Shown: positions 9,989-18,814 of the stretch, in pieces
How the letters are laid out: every line of letters starts with the position of its first letter
Position numbering within the stretch: position 1 is the first letter of the stretch
NCBI GenBank assembly: GCA_050331295.1
Contig: JBHJGZ010000007.1
Location: 350,422-414,421, forward strand
Direction of reading: 5' to 3'
Source: Myxococcota bacterium
GTDB taxonomy: Bacteria; Myxococcota; Kuafuiibacteriia; Kuafuiibacteriales; Kuafuiibacteriaceae
DNA: 64,000 nucleotides
The notes under the pieces: model-generated
The model's database searches: none
The model's input: the letters and a program-made list of their open reading frames with translations, nothing else
What the model was told of the DNA's origin: nothing
Translations under genes and position numbers: made by a program

Positions 9989-12361
9989 CTATCCATCTCG
10001 TTTCGCGGTCTGGATGGCCTTCCAGACTCTCTGCGGCGTGGCCGGCATGTCGAGGTCCTTCACCCCCAAGGGTGCCAGCGCATCCAAAACGGCATTGATC
10101 ACCGCCGGCGGGCTCCCGATCGCCCCCGCTTCACCACAGCCCTTGGACCCCAAAGGATTGTGGGTGCACGGCGTCACGTGGTTTCCGGTCTTGAAGAAAG
10201 GAAGGTCGGCCGCCCGCGGCATGCAGTAGTTCATATAGCTGGCCGTGAGAAGCTGTCCCGTCTCATCGTAGGTGCAGGCTTCGTAGAGGGCCTGACCAAT
10301 GCCCTGCGCCAGACCTCCTTGAATCTGTCCGTCGACGATCAACGGATTGATGACCCGTCCCACGTCATCTGCCGCCGCCATGTCGATCAGCTGCACGACG
10401 CCGGTGTCGGGGTCCACTTCCACCTCCGCAATGTGGCATCCGCCAGGAAACGTGAAGTTCTTCGGGTCATAGAAGGAACTCTCTTCCAGGCCGGGCTCAA
10501 GCTCCTCGAGCGGGTAGTTGTGAGGAACATACGCGGAGAACGCAACCTCTGCGAAGGCCTTCTTGCGGTCCGTACCCTTCACCGCAAAATGTCCGTCCGA
10601 GAATTCGATGTCACCCGCATCGGCCTCCAGCAGATGTGCTGCAATCTTCTTTCCCTTCTCGATCACTTTCTCGGTGGCCTTCGCGATGGCGGAACCTCCG
10701 ACCGGCAGCGAACGCGAGCCATACGTCCCCATTCCGAAGGCGGTGTTCGCGGTATCGCCGTGGACGAGTTCCACGGACTCGAACGAGATCCCAAGTTTGT
10801 CCGCCACGATTTGTGCGAAAGCGGTCTCATGCCCCTGGCCGTGACTATGAGTGCCGGTGAAGACGGTCACGGAGCCAGTGGGATGAACTCGAATCGTCGC
10901 TGATTCGTACAGTCCGGCGCGAGCGCCCAGGGCACCTGCCAAGGCGGACGGCGCGAGTCCGCAGGCCTCGATATACGTCGACAAGCCGAGTCCCCGCAGC
11001 TTGCCAGCCTTCTTCGAAGCTTCTCGTCGTTTCTCGAAGTTGGCGTAATCGATCTTTTCCAGCGCGAGATCCAACGTCGCCTCGAAGTTTCCGATATCGT
11101 ATTCGAGGGCTACCGGTGTCTGATAAGGAAAGTCGCTCTCCTTGATCATGTTCTTTCGTCGAAGTTCGACCCGGTCGAATCCACATTCCCGCGCCGCCTT
11201 TTCCACCAGCCGCTCGAGTAGGTACGTCGCTTCCGGACGACCTGCCCCGCGGTAGGCATCGACCGGAGCCGTGTTCGTGAAAAAGGCCTGCACTTCGCAA
11301 TAGATGGCGGGAGTCTTGTAAACTCCAGCCAAGAGCGTAGCGTACAGATACGTGGGAACGGCCGGAGCGAACGTGGAGAGATAGGCTCCCATGTTGGCTT
11401 TGGTCTGAACCCGCAGTCCCAAGAAGTTTCCGTCAGCATCCAACGCAAGCTCGGCGTGGGACCGATGATCGCGGCCGTGCGCATCGGTTTGAAACGATTC
11501 CGTCCGCTCGGCCGTCCATTTGACCGGACGTCCCAATCTCTTGGACGCCCAGGTCACCACCGCCTCCTCGGCATAGTGGTAGATCTTCGAACCAAACCCA
11601 CCCCCGACATCGGGAGCCACGACGCGAAGTTTATGTTCGGGCAGATTGAGGACGAAAGCACCCATCAAGAGGCGGATCAGATGGGGATTCTGAGTTGTCG
11701 TATAGAGGGTATGATGGTCGGAGGACGCGTCGTACTCTCCGATGCAGCTCCGCGGCTCGATGGCATTCGGCACCACTCGGTTGTTGATCAGATCGATGGC
11801 TACGACGTGCGTAGCCTTCGAAAAGGCTGCATCGGTCGCCGCCTTGTCCCCCAACTCGAAGTCGTAGCACTGATTGCCCGGGGCCAGTTCCCAAACCAAG
11901 GGCGCATTGGGAGCGACCGCCTGTTCGAGATTCGCAACGACGGGTAGGTCCTCGTATTCCACGGCCACCGCTTTCGCGGCGGACTTCGCCTGGGCTTGAG
12001 TTTCGGCCACGACAACCGCGATCTGATCTCCGACGTGCCGGACGACGCCGTCGGCGAGGGGGGGGTGCGGCGGCTCCTTCATGGGGGAACCGTCGCGACT
12101 GTGGATCTGCCATCCGGTCGGGATGCTTCCCACCCCGTCCGCCTTCATGTGTTCGCCGGTGAGGACCGCAAGAACACCCGGTAGCTTCTCCGCATCGGAC
12201 GCGTCGACCTTCACTCGGGCGTGGGCCATCTGCGACCGAACGAAACATGCATAGGCCTGGAATGGCCGAACCATGTCATCGGTGTATTGGCCTTTGCCGG
12301 TGAGAAACCGCGTGTCCTCCTTGCGAGTGACTCGATCGCCGATCCGTCCCGCGAGTGTCAT
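9989..12361 (-). CDS. coxL: aerobic-type CO dehydrogenase-like Mo-hydroxylase large subunit, form II (AYRGAGR motif)
   Basis: Ald_Xan_dh_C/C2 domains; active-site loop [14 protein letters not shown] at 12361 ([16 protein letters not shown]) sits 2 nt after the coxS stop; the 119-codon upstream extension of the ORF is rejected. Confidence 0.9.
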   Translation of the reverse strand: MTLAGRIGDRVTRKEDTRFLTGKGQYTDDMVRPFQAYACFVRSQMAHARVKVDASDAEKLPGVLAVLTGEHMKADGVGSIPTGWQIHSRDGSPMKEPPHPPLADGVVRHVGDQIAVVVAETQAQAKSAAKAVAVEYEDLPVVANLEQAVAPNAPLVWELAPGNQCYDFELGDKAATDAAFSKATHVVAIDLINNRVVPNAIEPRSCIGEYDASSDHHTLYTTTQNPHLIRLLMGAFVLNLPEHKLRVVAPDVGGGFGSKIYHYAEEAVVTWASKRLGRPVKWTAERTESFQTDAHGRDHRSHAELALDADGNFLGLRVQTKANMGAYLSTFAPAVPTYLYATLLAGVYKTPAIYCEVQAFFTNTAPVDAYRGAGRPEATYLLERLVEKAARECGFDRVELRRKNMIKESDFPYQTPVALEYDIGNFEATLDLALEKIDYANFEKRREASKKAGKLRGLGLSTYIEACGLAPSALAGALGARAGLYESATIRVHPTGSVTVFTGTHSHGQGHETAFAQIVADKLGISFESVELVHGDTANTAFGMGTYGSRSLPVGGSAIAKATEKVIEKGKKIAAHLLEADAGDIEFSDGHFAVKGTDRKKAFAEVAFSAYVPHNYPLEELEPGLEESSFYDPKNFTFPGGCHIAEVEVDPDTGVVQLIDMAAADDVGRVINPLIVDGQIQGGLAQGIGQALYEACTYDETGQLLTASYMNYCMPRAADLPFFKTGNHVTPCTHNPLGSKGCGEAGAIGSPPAVINAVLDALAPLGVKDLDMPATPQRVWKAIQTAKRDG

Positions 12362-12363
12362 GT

Positions 12364-12843
12364 CTACTTTGCCTCCTTCATGCTCTGAGCCGCGGCCTGC
12401 ACCGCCTTCACGATGCCGTGATATCCAGTACACCGGCAAATGTTGCCTTCGAGCCACTCGCGAATGTCGCCTTCGCTCGGTGCCGCATTGTGCTGCAGAA
12501 GGTCGAGGGCACTCATCACCATACCCGGAGTGCAATAACCGCACTGTAGGCCATGATGTTCTTTGAATGCAGCCTGAATCGGATGAAGCTCGCCATTCGA
12601 AACACCTTCGATGGTGGTGACATCGGCTCCGTCCGCTTCTACGGCCAACATGCTGCACGCCTTCACTGATCGGCCGTCCACCATCACTGTGCAGGCGCCG
12701 CACTGGCTCGTATCGCAACCGACGTGAGTGCCGGTGAGACGAAGCCGTTCCCTCAAGAGTTCAACCAGCAGCGTTTGGGACTCGACCTGGACCTCGACTC
12801 CCTTTCCGTTCACGTTCATTTGAATCGAATGCATCTTGTTCAC
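12364..12843 (-). CDS. coxS: (2Fe-2S)-binding small subunit of Mo-hydroxylase (CoxS-like)
   Basis: Plant-type ferredoxin motif [11 protein letters not shown] and second cluster motif CGYCTPG...CRCTGY; 159 aa. Confidence 0.95.
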   Translation of the reverse strand: MNKMHSIQMNVNGKGVEVQVESQTLLVELLRERLRLTGTHVGCDTSQCGACTVMVDGRSVKACSMLAVEADGADVTTIEGVSNGELHPIQAAFKEHHGLQCGYCTPGMVMSALDLLQHNAAPSEGDIREWLEGNICRCTGYHGIVKAVQAAAQSMKEAK

Positions 12844-13057
12844 CGAGTGATGGAGGCGGCGTCGAGCCGCCCGGGCCCGGAGTCTTCGGTCTCCCCCTCT
12901 CCGACGTCAAGCCGGGGCCACCCGCCCCAAACTGCGCCGTCTCGACCGGAACTTGACCGAATGCGTTAGCGCGTCGCGTCGGTCCGAAGGGAAGACCGCA
13001 TCCAAAGTGTTCGACCTATGGCGGTTTGTTCCGCAATGAGATCTGCGTTCTCCCACC
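12844..13057. promoter_or_regulatory. divergent intergenic region upstream of the coxS operon (minus) and the MFS transporter (plus)
   Basis: 214-bp gap with no convincing ORF; presumed promoter region for the cox-like operon; no motif verified. Confidence 0.25.
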
Positions 13058-14332
13058 GTGCGTCGCGCATTCACATTGGCCGCCCTCATCATGGCGGGCG
13101 AGTCCATCTACACGCTGCCCTACGCCCTTCGTCGGGACTTCGCTCCAGTGATCCTGGAGGTCAGCGAGATGTCGTCGACCGAGCTCGGGCAGCTCAGCTC
13201 GATCTTCGGAGTGTTCGCGCTCCTCTGCTACTTCCCTGGAGGGTGGATCGCAGACCGCTTTCCCGCCCGCTCCTTGATGACCTTCTCGTTGCTCAGCACC
13301 GGCGCCCTCGGTCTGGGACTGGCCACACTTCCGAGTTTTTGGGGCATGCTGATGCTGTTCGCGGCCCTTGGTATCACCACCATCCTCACGTTCTGGGCTG
13401 CGCTCATCAAGGCCACGCGTGCTTGGGGCGGCGCCACCCAGCAAGGACTGGCCTTCGGTCTCCTGGACGGAGGCCGCGGGGTCGTCGACGCCCTCTTGGC
13501 TTCGACTGCGGTACTCACCTTTTCCCTAGTCGGAGGGGACGCAGCGGGCCTTAGGGGTGTCATCCTGCTGATGGCGTCGAGTTCGACGATGGCCGGCATC
13601 TGGGTCTGGTTTGCGGTTCGGGACGATCGGAGTGTCGAATCTTCCGCTCCCGGTGGAGCCATGCCCTCTCAACTCTTGGCGGTCGTTCGAATGCCCATCA
13701 CGTGGCTTCAAGCGGTCATCATCGTCGTGAGCTTTTCCTGTTTCTGGGGCACTTTCGACCTCTCGTCCTACGCGGTGGACAGCTTCGGGTGGTCCTCCGC
13801 GTCAGCCGCGTCTCTGTCGGCCGCAACACGATGGCTCCGTCCCATTGCCGCCCTCGGGGCCGGACTTCTGGCCGATCGAACGTCGGCCACTCGCGCCATC
13901 GTGGTCTGCTTCGTGAGTCTCATCGTCTCATACGGAGCGTTCGCGACGGTTCCGAGCATCCAAGGTCCGGTGTGGATTCTTTGGGCCAATGCATCCGCGG
14001 TTTGTCTCTTCAGCTTCGCGCTTCGAGGCGTGTACTACGCCATCATGGAGGAAGCCGATGTTCCGGTCCATCTGACCGGAACCACCGTTGGCGTCGTTTC
14101 CGTACTGGGCTTCACACCCGACATCTTCGTTCCGTTGATCCTCGGCTCCCTCGTCGACGGCTATCCAGGAGGACAAGGGCACCGACTCTTCTTCGCCGGT
14201 CTCTCCGCTCTTTGCTGCGTGGGATTGGCGGCAGCGGTGTTCGCGGCGCGCCTGACCGCGAGAAGCCGGACTTCGGCCTCCACGGCTTTGGACACCGGTC
14301 GGCCTACCGAAGCGGTTCGACGCCCTTCCTGA
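13058..14332 (+). CDS. MFS transporter
   Basis: Twelve predicted hydrophobic segments and MFS-like loop motif (GGWIADRFPARS); 424 aa. Confidence 0.7.
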   Translation: MRRAFTLAALIMAGESIYTLPYALRRDFAPVILEVSEMSSTELGQLSSIFGVFALLCYFPGGWIADRFPARSLMTFSLLSTGALGLGLATLPSFWGMLMLFAALGITTILTFWAALIKATRAWGGATQQGLAFGLLDGGRGVVDALLASTAVLTFSLVGGDAAGLRGVILLMASSSTMAGIWVWFAVRDDRSVESSAPGGAMPSQLLAVVRMPITWLQAVIIVVSFSCFWGTFDLSSYAVDSFGWSSASAASLSAATRWLRPIAALGAGLLADRTSATRAIVVCFVSLIVSYGAFATVPSIQGPVWILWANASAVCLFSFALRGVYYAIMEEADVPVHLTGTTVGVVSVLGFTPDIFVPLILGSLVDGYPGGQGHRLFFAGLSALCCVGLAAAVFAARLTARSRTSASTALDTGRPTEAVRRPS

Positions 14333-15947
14333 GATCCGCCCAGGTGTCGGGTGTGTCGATATCGACATGGACGCCACCATCCCGAACCTCGATGCGCTCC
14401 ACCTCATCTCGATGTCGAGCGATCAAGCCCCGAGCCCCTTCGTCGCCCGTGACCTGTTCAAGCTCCCCGAAGAACTTCCGGCTCCACAGCACCGGATGCC
14501 CTCGCTTTCTTCCATGGGTCGGCACGCGAATGGACCCCGGCCCGTGGGGCTTGAAGTCTTCCAAGAGCGTCCGCACGTGTTCTTCACTCACGAACGGCAT
14601 GTCTCCGAGGAACACCATGACACCGTCGACTTCGGTCGGAAGTGCGCGGATGCCGGTCCGCAAGGACGTACTCATGCCCTCACCGTACCGTTCATTGTGA
14701 ACGAAGTGGCAAGGGAGACCTCGCAACGCGGCCTTCACTTCCTGATGCTCGTGTCCGGTGACCACGACCACTGGGTCAAGGCCCGCCCTGACCGCCGCTT
14801 CCACTGGATGGCGCACCATGGGCTGACCTTTCACGTTCAGCAGCAGTTTATTGCGGCCACCCATCCTCGACGAACGTCCGGCAGCCAAGATCACCGCCGA
14901 CACCGCGACCGGCGCGCTCGATTCGGCGTCGGCGTTGCCGTACTGAGAACGAGGTGTCGGACGAAGCTCCACCTCGTGCAACAGGCCCCCGACTCCCAAG
15001 CCCATCAAGTCCTGGCCCGTCACCGGGACACCGGCCGCGATGCGCCAGAGGACCCAATCGAAGCCCGACGGCTTCGAGGACCGCGCACACCCCGGCAGCC
15101 CGAGGACCGGTATGTCGAGCTTCGAACCGGCCCGTGCCAAGAGGATCAGATTTCCCGGGTCGACCGGCATTCCAAAATGATCGACACGACCTCCGGCGTG
15201 TTCCACCGCGGACGGCAATACATCTTGCCGGTCACAAATCGCCGAGGCGCCGAGAATGAGAACCAGATCGGTAGCCAGCCCGTCTCGTATCGCGCGCGCC
15301 ACCGCCTCCGGCTCGTGCTCCACCACGACCGTCCGATCGATCTCTCCGCCCAAGAATGCCAACCGGGCTCGCTGGACGTCCTCGGTCCTTTGAAGAAGGC
15401 GCGTGGAAGTGTGGTCGAATGCGGTCAATATCAGGCGCGCCCGGAGTGGGAGAAAAGGACGAACCGAAACCAAGGCTTCCCTCGCGGCCAAGGAGCGACG
15501 GACATCGGACACCACCGCCATCGGTAGCGCGAAAGGAATGATCTTGAGGGTGGCGACCATCTCCCGGGCCTCCACCGGTCGAAACGAGGCGAGCGTGGAA
15601 AGGGCCACCGCCTCGTGGGTTCGATTGAAGTCGTCGACGCCGGAACTATCGACGGTCAGCAAGCCGCGATGTTCGGCGAAGAAGTTGATGCGCCCGGTTC
15701 GCGCCGGACCGCTTCGAACCCCAGGGCCCTCTACCCAAGAACGCAGCTGCTCGGCTGCGTCGTCTTCATGAATGTCATCGGCCTCGAGCCGCACTACGGT
15801 CAGTTCTCGAACTCCTGCCCGGACCAACGACGCCAACTCCGCTGCATTCAGGCGATGGCCTTTTGGGAGGCTGATCCCGGAAACCTTCAGTTTGTGAGCC
15901 AGCAAACAAGCCTCTGCCTCCTGGACGGGAAGGTTCGAGAGCTTCAT
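14304..15947 (-). CDS. molybdopterin-binding (MoCF_biosynth-like) domain fused to MobA/MocA-like molybdenum cofactor nucleotidyltransferase
   Basis: C-terminal NTP_transf_3 motifs (VILAAGRSSRMG...NKLL, DMPFV); N-terminal MoeA/CinA-like molybdopterin-binding domain. ATG at 15947 forms an ATGA overlap with the xdhC stop; the upstream ORF extension is rejected. Confidence 0.75.
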   Translation of the reverse strand: MKLSNLPVQEAEACLLAHKLKVSGISLPKGHRLNAAELASLVRAGVRELTVVRLEADDIHEDDAAEQLRSWVEGPGVRSGPARTGRINFFAEHRGLLTVDSSGVDDFNRTHEAVALSTLASFRPVEAREMVATLKIIPFALPMAVVSDVRRSLAAREALVSVRPFLPLRARLILTAFDHTSTRLLQRTEDVQRARLAFLGGEIDRTVVVEHEPEAVARAIRDGLATDLVLILGASAICDRQDVLPSAVEHAGGRVDHFGMPVDPGNLILLARAGSKLDIPVLGLPGCARSSKPSGFDWVLWRIAAGVPVTGQDLMGLGVGGLLHEVELRPTPRSQYGNADAESSAPVAVSAVILAAGRSSRMGGRNKLLLNVKGQPMVRHPVEAAVRAGLDPVVVVTGHEHQEVKAALRGLPCHFVHNERYGEGMSTSLRTGIRALPTEVDGVMVFLGDMPFVSEEHVRTLLEDFKPHGPGSIRVPTHGRKRGHPVLWSRKFFGELEQVTGDEGARGLIARHRDEVERIEVRDGGVHVDIDTPDTWADLRKGVEPLR

Positions 15948-16681
15948 TTCCGTGCACTCCCGCCGCGCAAGACACTGACCATTTCCGCCAGCGCAGACAG
16001 CGCGACCTCTGCGGGTGCACGTCCGCCCAATGCGAGACCCAGCGGCCCGTGAAGCCGGTCCAACGCCGCTTCGTCGAAGCCCTGCTTTGCCAAACGGCGT
16101 CGGCGTGCCGCATGGGTCTTCGAGGAGCCGAGACAACCGATGTAAAAAGCGGGACTCTGAAGGGCAACTTCGAGGGCGGGGTCATCGAGTTTGGGGTCGT
16201 GGGTCAGCGTGATGACGGCGGAGCGGTGGTCGAGGGCAGCGGCTTCCAACGCTTCGTCGGGCCATGCTTCATCTATCAAAACCCCGGGAAAGCGCTCGGT
16301 CCGGCCGAACGAAGATCGTGGATCGATGACCGTGACCTCGAAGCCGAGGCCCTTCGCCATCGAGACCATGGCCTGCGCGATGTGCACCGCGCCCACGACA
16401 AAGAGGCGCAACGGTGGGTTGAAGGGCAGATAGAATACCCCGTCGATGGTGCTCGCACGGTCCCGCTCGAGGCACTCCCGTGCCCGTTCCTCCAGCTGGT
16501 CCTTGGGTGGGTTCGCCGTCATGCGATACAGCGCTTGCGTTCCGGTATCCAGTTCGGTGACCAGCACGACCGCTTCTTTGCGCGAGCGCGCGGCCAACAG
16601 AGTCTCCAAGAGCTCCCGCTTCACGTCACGGGCTCCAGCCAGATACGCACCGTACCGCCGCAAGCCAACCCGACCTCCCAA
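15944..16681 (-). CDS. xdhC: XdhC/CoxI-family Mo-cofactor insertion chaperone, C-terminal Rossmann-like domain ORF
   Basis: XdhC_C-like region (LFVVGAVHIAQAMVSMAKGLGFEVTVIDPR). It begins with TTG at 16681 in a different frame from the upstream N-domain ORF, with a 61-nt overlap; a possible ATG start is at 16522. Confidence 0.65.
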   Translation of the reverse strand: MGGRVGLRRYGAYLAGARDVKRELLETLLAARSRKEAVVLVTELDTGTQALYRMTANPPKDQLEERARECLERDRASTIDGVFYLPFNPPLRLFVVGAVHIAQAMVSMAKGLGFEVTVIDPRSSFGRTERFPGVLIDEAWPDEALEAAALDHRSAVITLTHDPKLDDPALEVALQSPAFYIGCLGSSKTHAARRRRLAKQGFDEAALDRLHGPLGLALGGRAPAEVALSALAEMVSVLRGGSARK

Positions 16682-16947
16682 GCCCGGTCATGACTGACCC
16701 CGAACTCGAGCTGCCGAGGTCGACCGGACTCCATGACATCCTTGGCCTCTTCCACCACTGCACCTTCGATGCACCCTCCGGACACCGAGCCTACGAACAA
16801 ACCGTCGTCTCGGATGGCTAGGTGACTTCCGGCGGGGCGAGGTGAAGAACCCCAGGTTTCGATGACGGTGGCGAGAGCAGTCCGATAGCCTTCGGTTCTC
16901 CATCGGTGGACGGCTTCGAGCGGGTCTACGTGCAGCTCGTCTTGCAT
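16621..16947 (-). CDS. xdhC: XdhC/CoxI-family N-terminal domain ORF
   Basis: XdhC_CoxI motif ALATVIETWGSSPRPAGSHLAI...GSVSGGCIEGAVV...GLACGG; stop at 16621-16623; ATG at 16947. Confidence 0.75.
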   Translation of the reverse strand: MQDELHVDPLEAVHRWRTEGYRTALATVIETWGSSPRPAGSHLAIRDDGLFVGSVSGGCIEGAVVEEAKDVMESGRPRQLEFGVSHDRAWEVGLACGGTVRIWLEPVT

Positions 16948-17032
16948 GCAATGACGCTAGTGCGGCTGCACGGGGCTGGCCAGGGGAGAGCGTCCGAAGC
17001 ACCGACCAAATGTTCCGTCGGCGGTTCATGGG
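16948..17032. promoter_or_regulatory. divergent intergenic region between xdhC (minus) and sufS (plus), presumed to carry both promoters
   Basis: 85-bp non-coding gap between divergently oriented starts; no motif verified. Confidence 0.25.
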
Positions 17033-18322
17033 GTGGATCCGCGACCCAATTCCACGCGGTGCGGCATACCCGAGCAGACCATTCGGGTTGACGAGGCCGG
17101 AGCATCGGCTCAGTTGGAAACAGTGGTACGGGACGAGTTCCCCGGTCTGGCCGTCGAATTCGATGGCCGACAGCTCGTGTATCTAGACAGCGCCAGCACC
17201 GCCCAGAAGCCGCGAGCGGTTCTGGATGCGGTGCAACGTGCATTGACACGAGCGGCAAACATACACCGAGGCGTGCATCGGCTGAGCGAGGAGAACACCC
17301 TCGCGTACGAAGGTGTGCGGGCCAAGGCAGCCCATGTCCTGGGGGTACGGGATCCGACGGAGATCGTCTTCACGAGAGGAACCACCGAAAGCATCAATCT
17401 CGTGGCACAGTCCTGGGCTCGCACCGAGCTGAGGTCGGGCGACCAGATCTTGCTGACCGAGCTGGAGCACCACAGCAACATCGTTCCTTGGCAATGGGTG
17501 GCGCGAAGCACCGGCGCCGAACTGGTGGTGGTTCCGGTCGAAGAGGACGGGAGCGTGCAGCTGGCCGCCTTCGAGGCACGTTTGAATCCCAACACTCGGC
17601 TGGTGGCCATCAGCCACGTCTCGAACGCACTTGGAACCGTCTTGGAGGTCGCGTCGATGGTGCGGAGCGCTCGAGCGGTCGGAGCCCTCACCCTGGTGGA
17701 TGGGGCGCAGGCAGTTCCCCACCTTCACATCGACCTCAACGACCTCGGCTGTGATTTCTACACCTTCTCTGGCCACAAGATGTACGGGCCCACCGGGGCG
17801 GGCGTCCTTTGGGCCCGGCGAGAGCTCCTCGAACGTATGCCTCCTTATCAGGGCGGCGGAGATATGATCGCGGAGGTTCGGTTCGAAGAAACGACATACA
17901 ATGCTGTGCCCCACAAGTTCGAGGCCGGAACCCCGGACATCGTCGCCGTCCTGGGACTCGGCGCCGCACTCGACTGGTGGACGGGCTTCGACCAGCAGAC
18001 GGTCCATGATCACGAAGAACGGGTCTACCGGTGCCTCGTGGAGAGCCTTCGAGACCTTCGTGGCATCCGCATGTTGGGCCCGGCGCCAAGTGCCGTGGGC
18101 GCGGTCTCCTTTCTGGTCGACGATCTTCATCCGCATGACGTGGGGACCGCCCTTGACGCCTACGGCATCGCCGTGCGGACCGGACACCACTGTGCACAGC
18201 CGCTCATGGAACGATTCGGGGTGGACGGGACGGTCCGCGCGAGCCTGGGGATCTACAATGACGAGGGGGACGTCGCGGCTCTGGTTTCCGCCCTCGAGCG
18301 TGTGCGACAGGTCCTGGCATGA
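17033..18322 (+). CDS. sufS: SufS-family cysteine desulfurase (class V aminotransferase)
   Basis: DSASTAQKP N-terminal motif, HK PLP-lysine motif (FSGHKMYGPTGAG) and active-site loop RTGHHCAQP; GTG start at 17033. Confidence 0.9.
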   Translation: MDPRPNSTRCGIPEQTIRVDEAGASAQLETVVRDEFPGLAVEFDGRQLVYLDSASTAQKPRAVLDAVQRALTRAANIHRGVHRLSEENTLAYEGVRAKAAHVLGVRDPTEIVFTRGTTESINLVAQSWARTELRSGDQILLTELEHHSNIVPWQWVARSTGAELVVVPVEEDGSVQLAAFEARLNPNTRLVAISHVSNALGTVLEVASMVRSARAVGALTLVDGAQAVPHLHIDLNDLGCDFYTFSGHKMYGPTGAGVLWARRELLERMPPYQGGGDMIAEVRFEETTYNAVPHKFEAGTPDIVAVLGLGAALDWWTGFDQQTVHDHEERVYRCLVESLRDLRGIRMLGPAPSAVGAVSFLVDDLHPHDVGTALDAYGIAVRTGHHCAQPLMERFGVDGTVRASLGIYNDEGDVAALVSALERVRQVLA

Positions 18323-18795
18323 GTGACGATCCTCAGTCGTCTTCGGCGCCTCGGTCCGTCGAAGCCTTGTACCAGGACGCCATCCTTTCCTGGGCGCGCG
18401 ACGGACGTCGCACCGGTCCCCTTCCCTCGCCTCCCCAAGACGGCGACCGGAAGACCCGCAAGGTCAATCCTTTGTGTGGAGACCGCTGCACGGTGTCGGT
18501 GCGCGGGAGCGCCGCGCGGCTCGAGATGGTCAGAACCGAGAGTCGAGGCTGTGCCATCAGCCTCGCGTCGGCGGCGCTCATGGCCGAACTGGTGGAGGGA
18601 TTGCCACCGAGTGAGGCCACAGCGCTTTTCGGAGCCCTGCGGGCCGGGCTCGAGGGCAGCACGGACGCCGCCCTACCCGAACCTCTGCGGCCGCTTCTGT
18701 CGGTGCGTCCCTTCCGGTCTCGGCACCGCTGCGCCTTGCTTCCGTGGGAAGCGCTGTCGGAGCTGATAGGTCTGGACACCTGGTCTTCGACCTAG
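18319..18795 (+). CDS. sufU: SufU/NifU-like Fe-S cluster assembly sulfur-transfer protein
   Basis: NPLCGD motif plus a downstream Cys (ESRGCAIS); 4-nt overlap with the sufS stop. Confidence 0.75.
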   Translation: MSDDPQSSSAPRSVEALYQDAILSWARDGRRTGPLPSPPQDGDRKTRKVNPLCGDRCTVSVRGSAARLEMVRTESRGCAISLASAALMAELVEGLPPSEATALFGALRAGLEGSTDAALPEPLRPLLSVRPFRSRHRCALLPWEALSELIGLDTWSST

Positions 18796-18814
18796 GAATC
18801 GACGACAAAGCGGC

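Noticed and set aside
10160-10903. 247-aa plus-strand ORF inside coxL
   Set aside because: Antisense to the Mo-hydroxylase large subunit.
12362-12718. 119-codon N-terminal extension of the coxL ORF
   Set aside because: It overlaps coxS in another frame and is Arg/His-rich. The conserved CoxL N-terminus (MTLAGRIG) begins at an ATG 2 nt after the coxS stop.
13702-14700. 332-aa Arg/Ser-rich plus-strand ORF overlapping the MFS transporter and the cytidylyltransferase fusion genes
   Set aside because: Out-of-frame or antisense; extreme Arg content; no domains.
17183-18190. 335-aa minus-strand ORF inside sufS
   Set aside because: Antisense to SufS, which has clear PLP-enzyme motifs.
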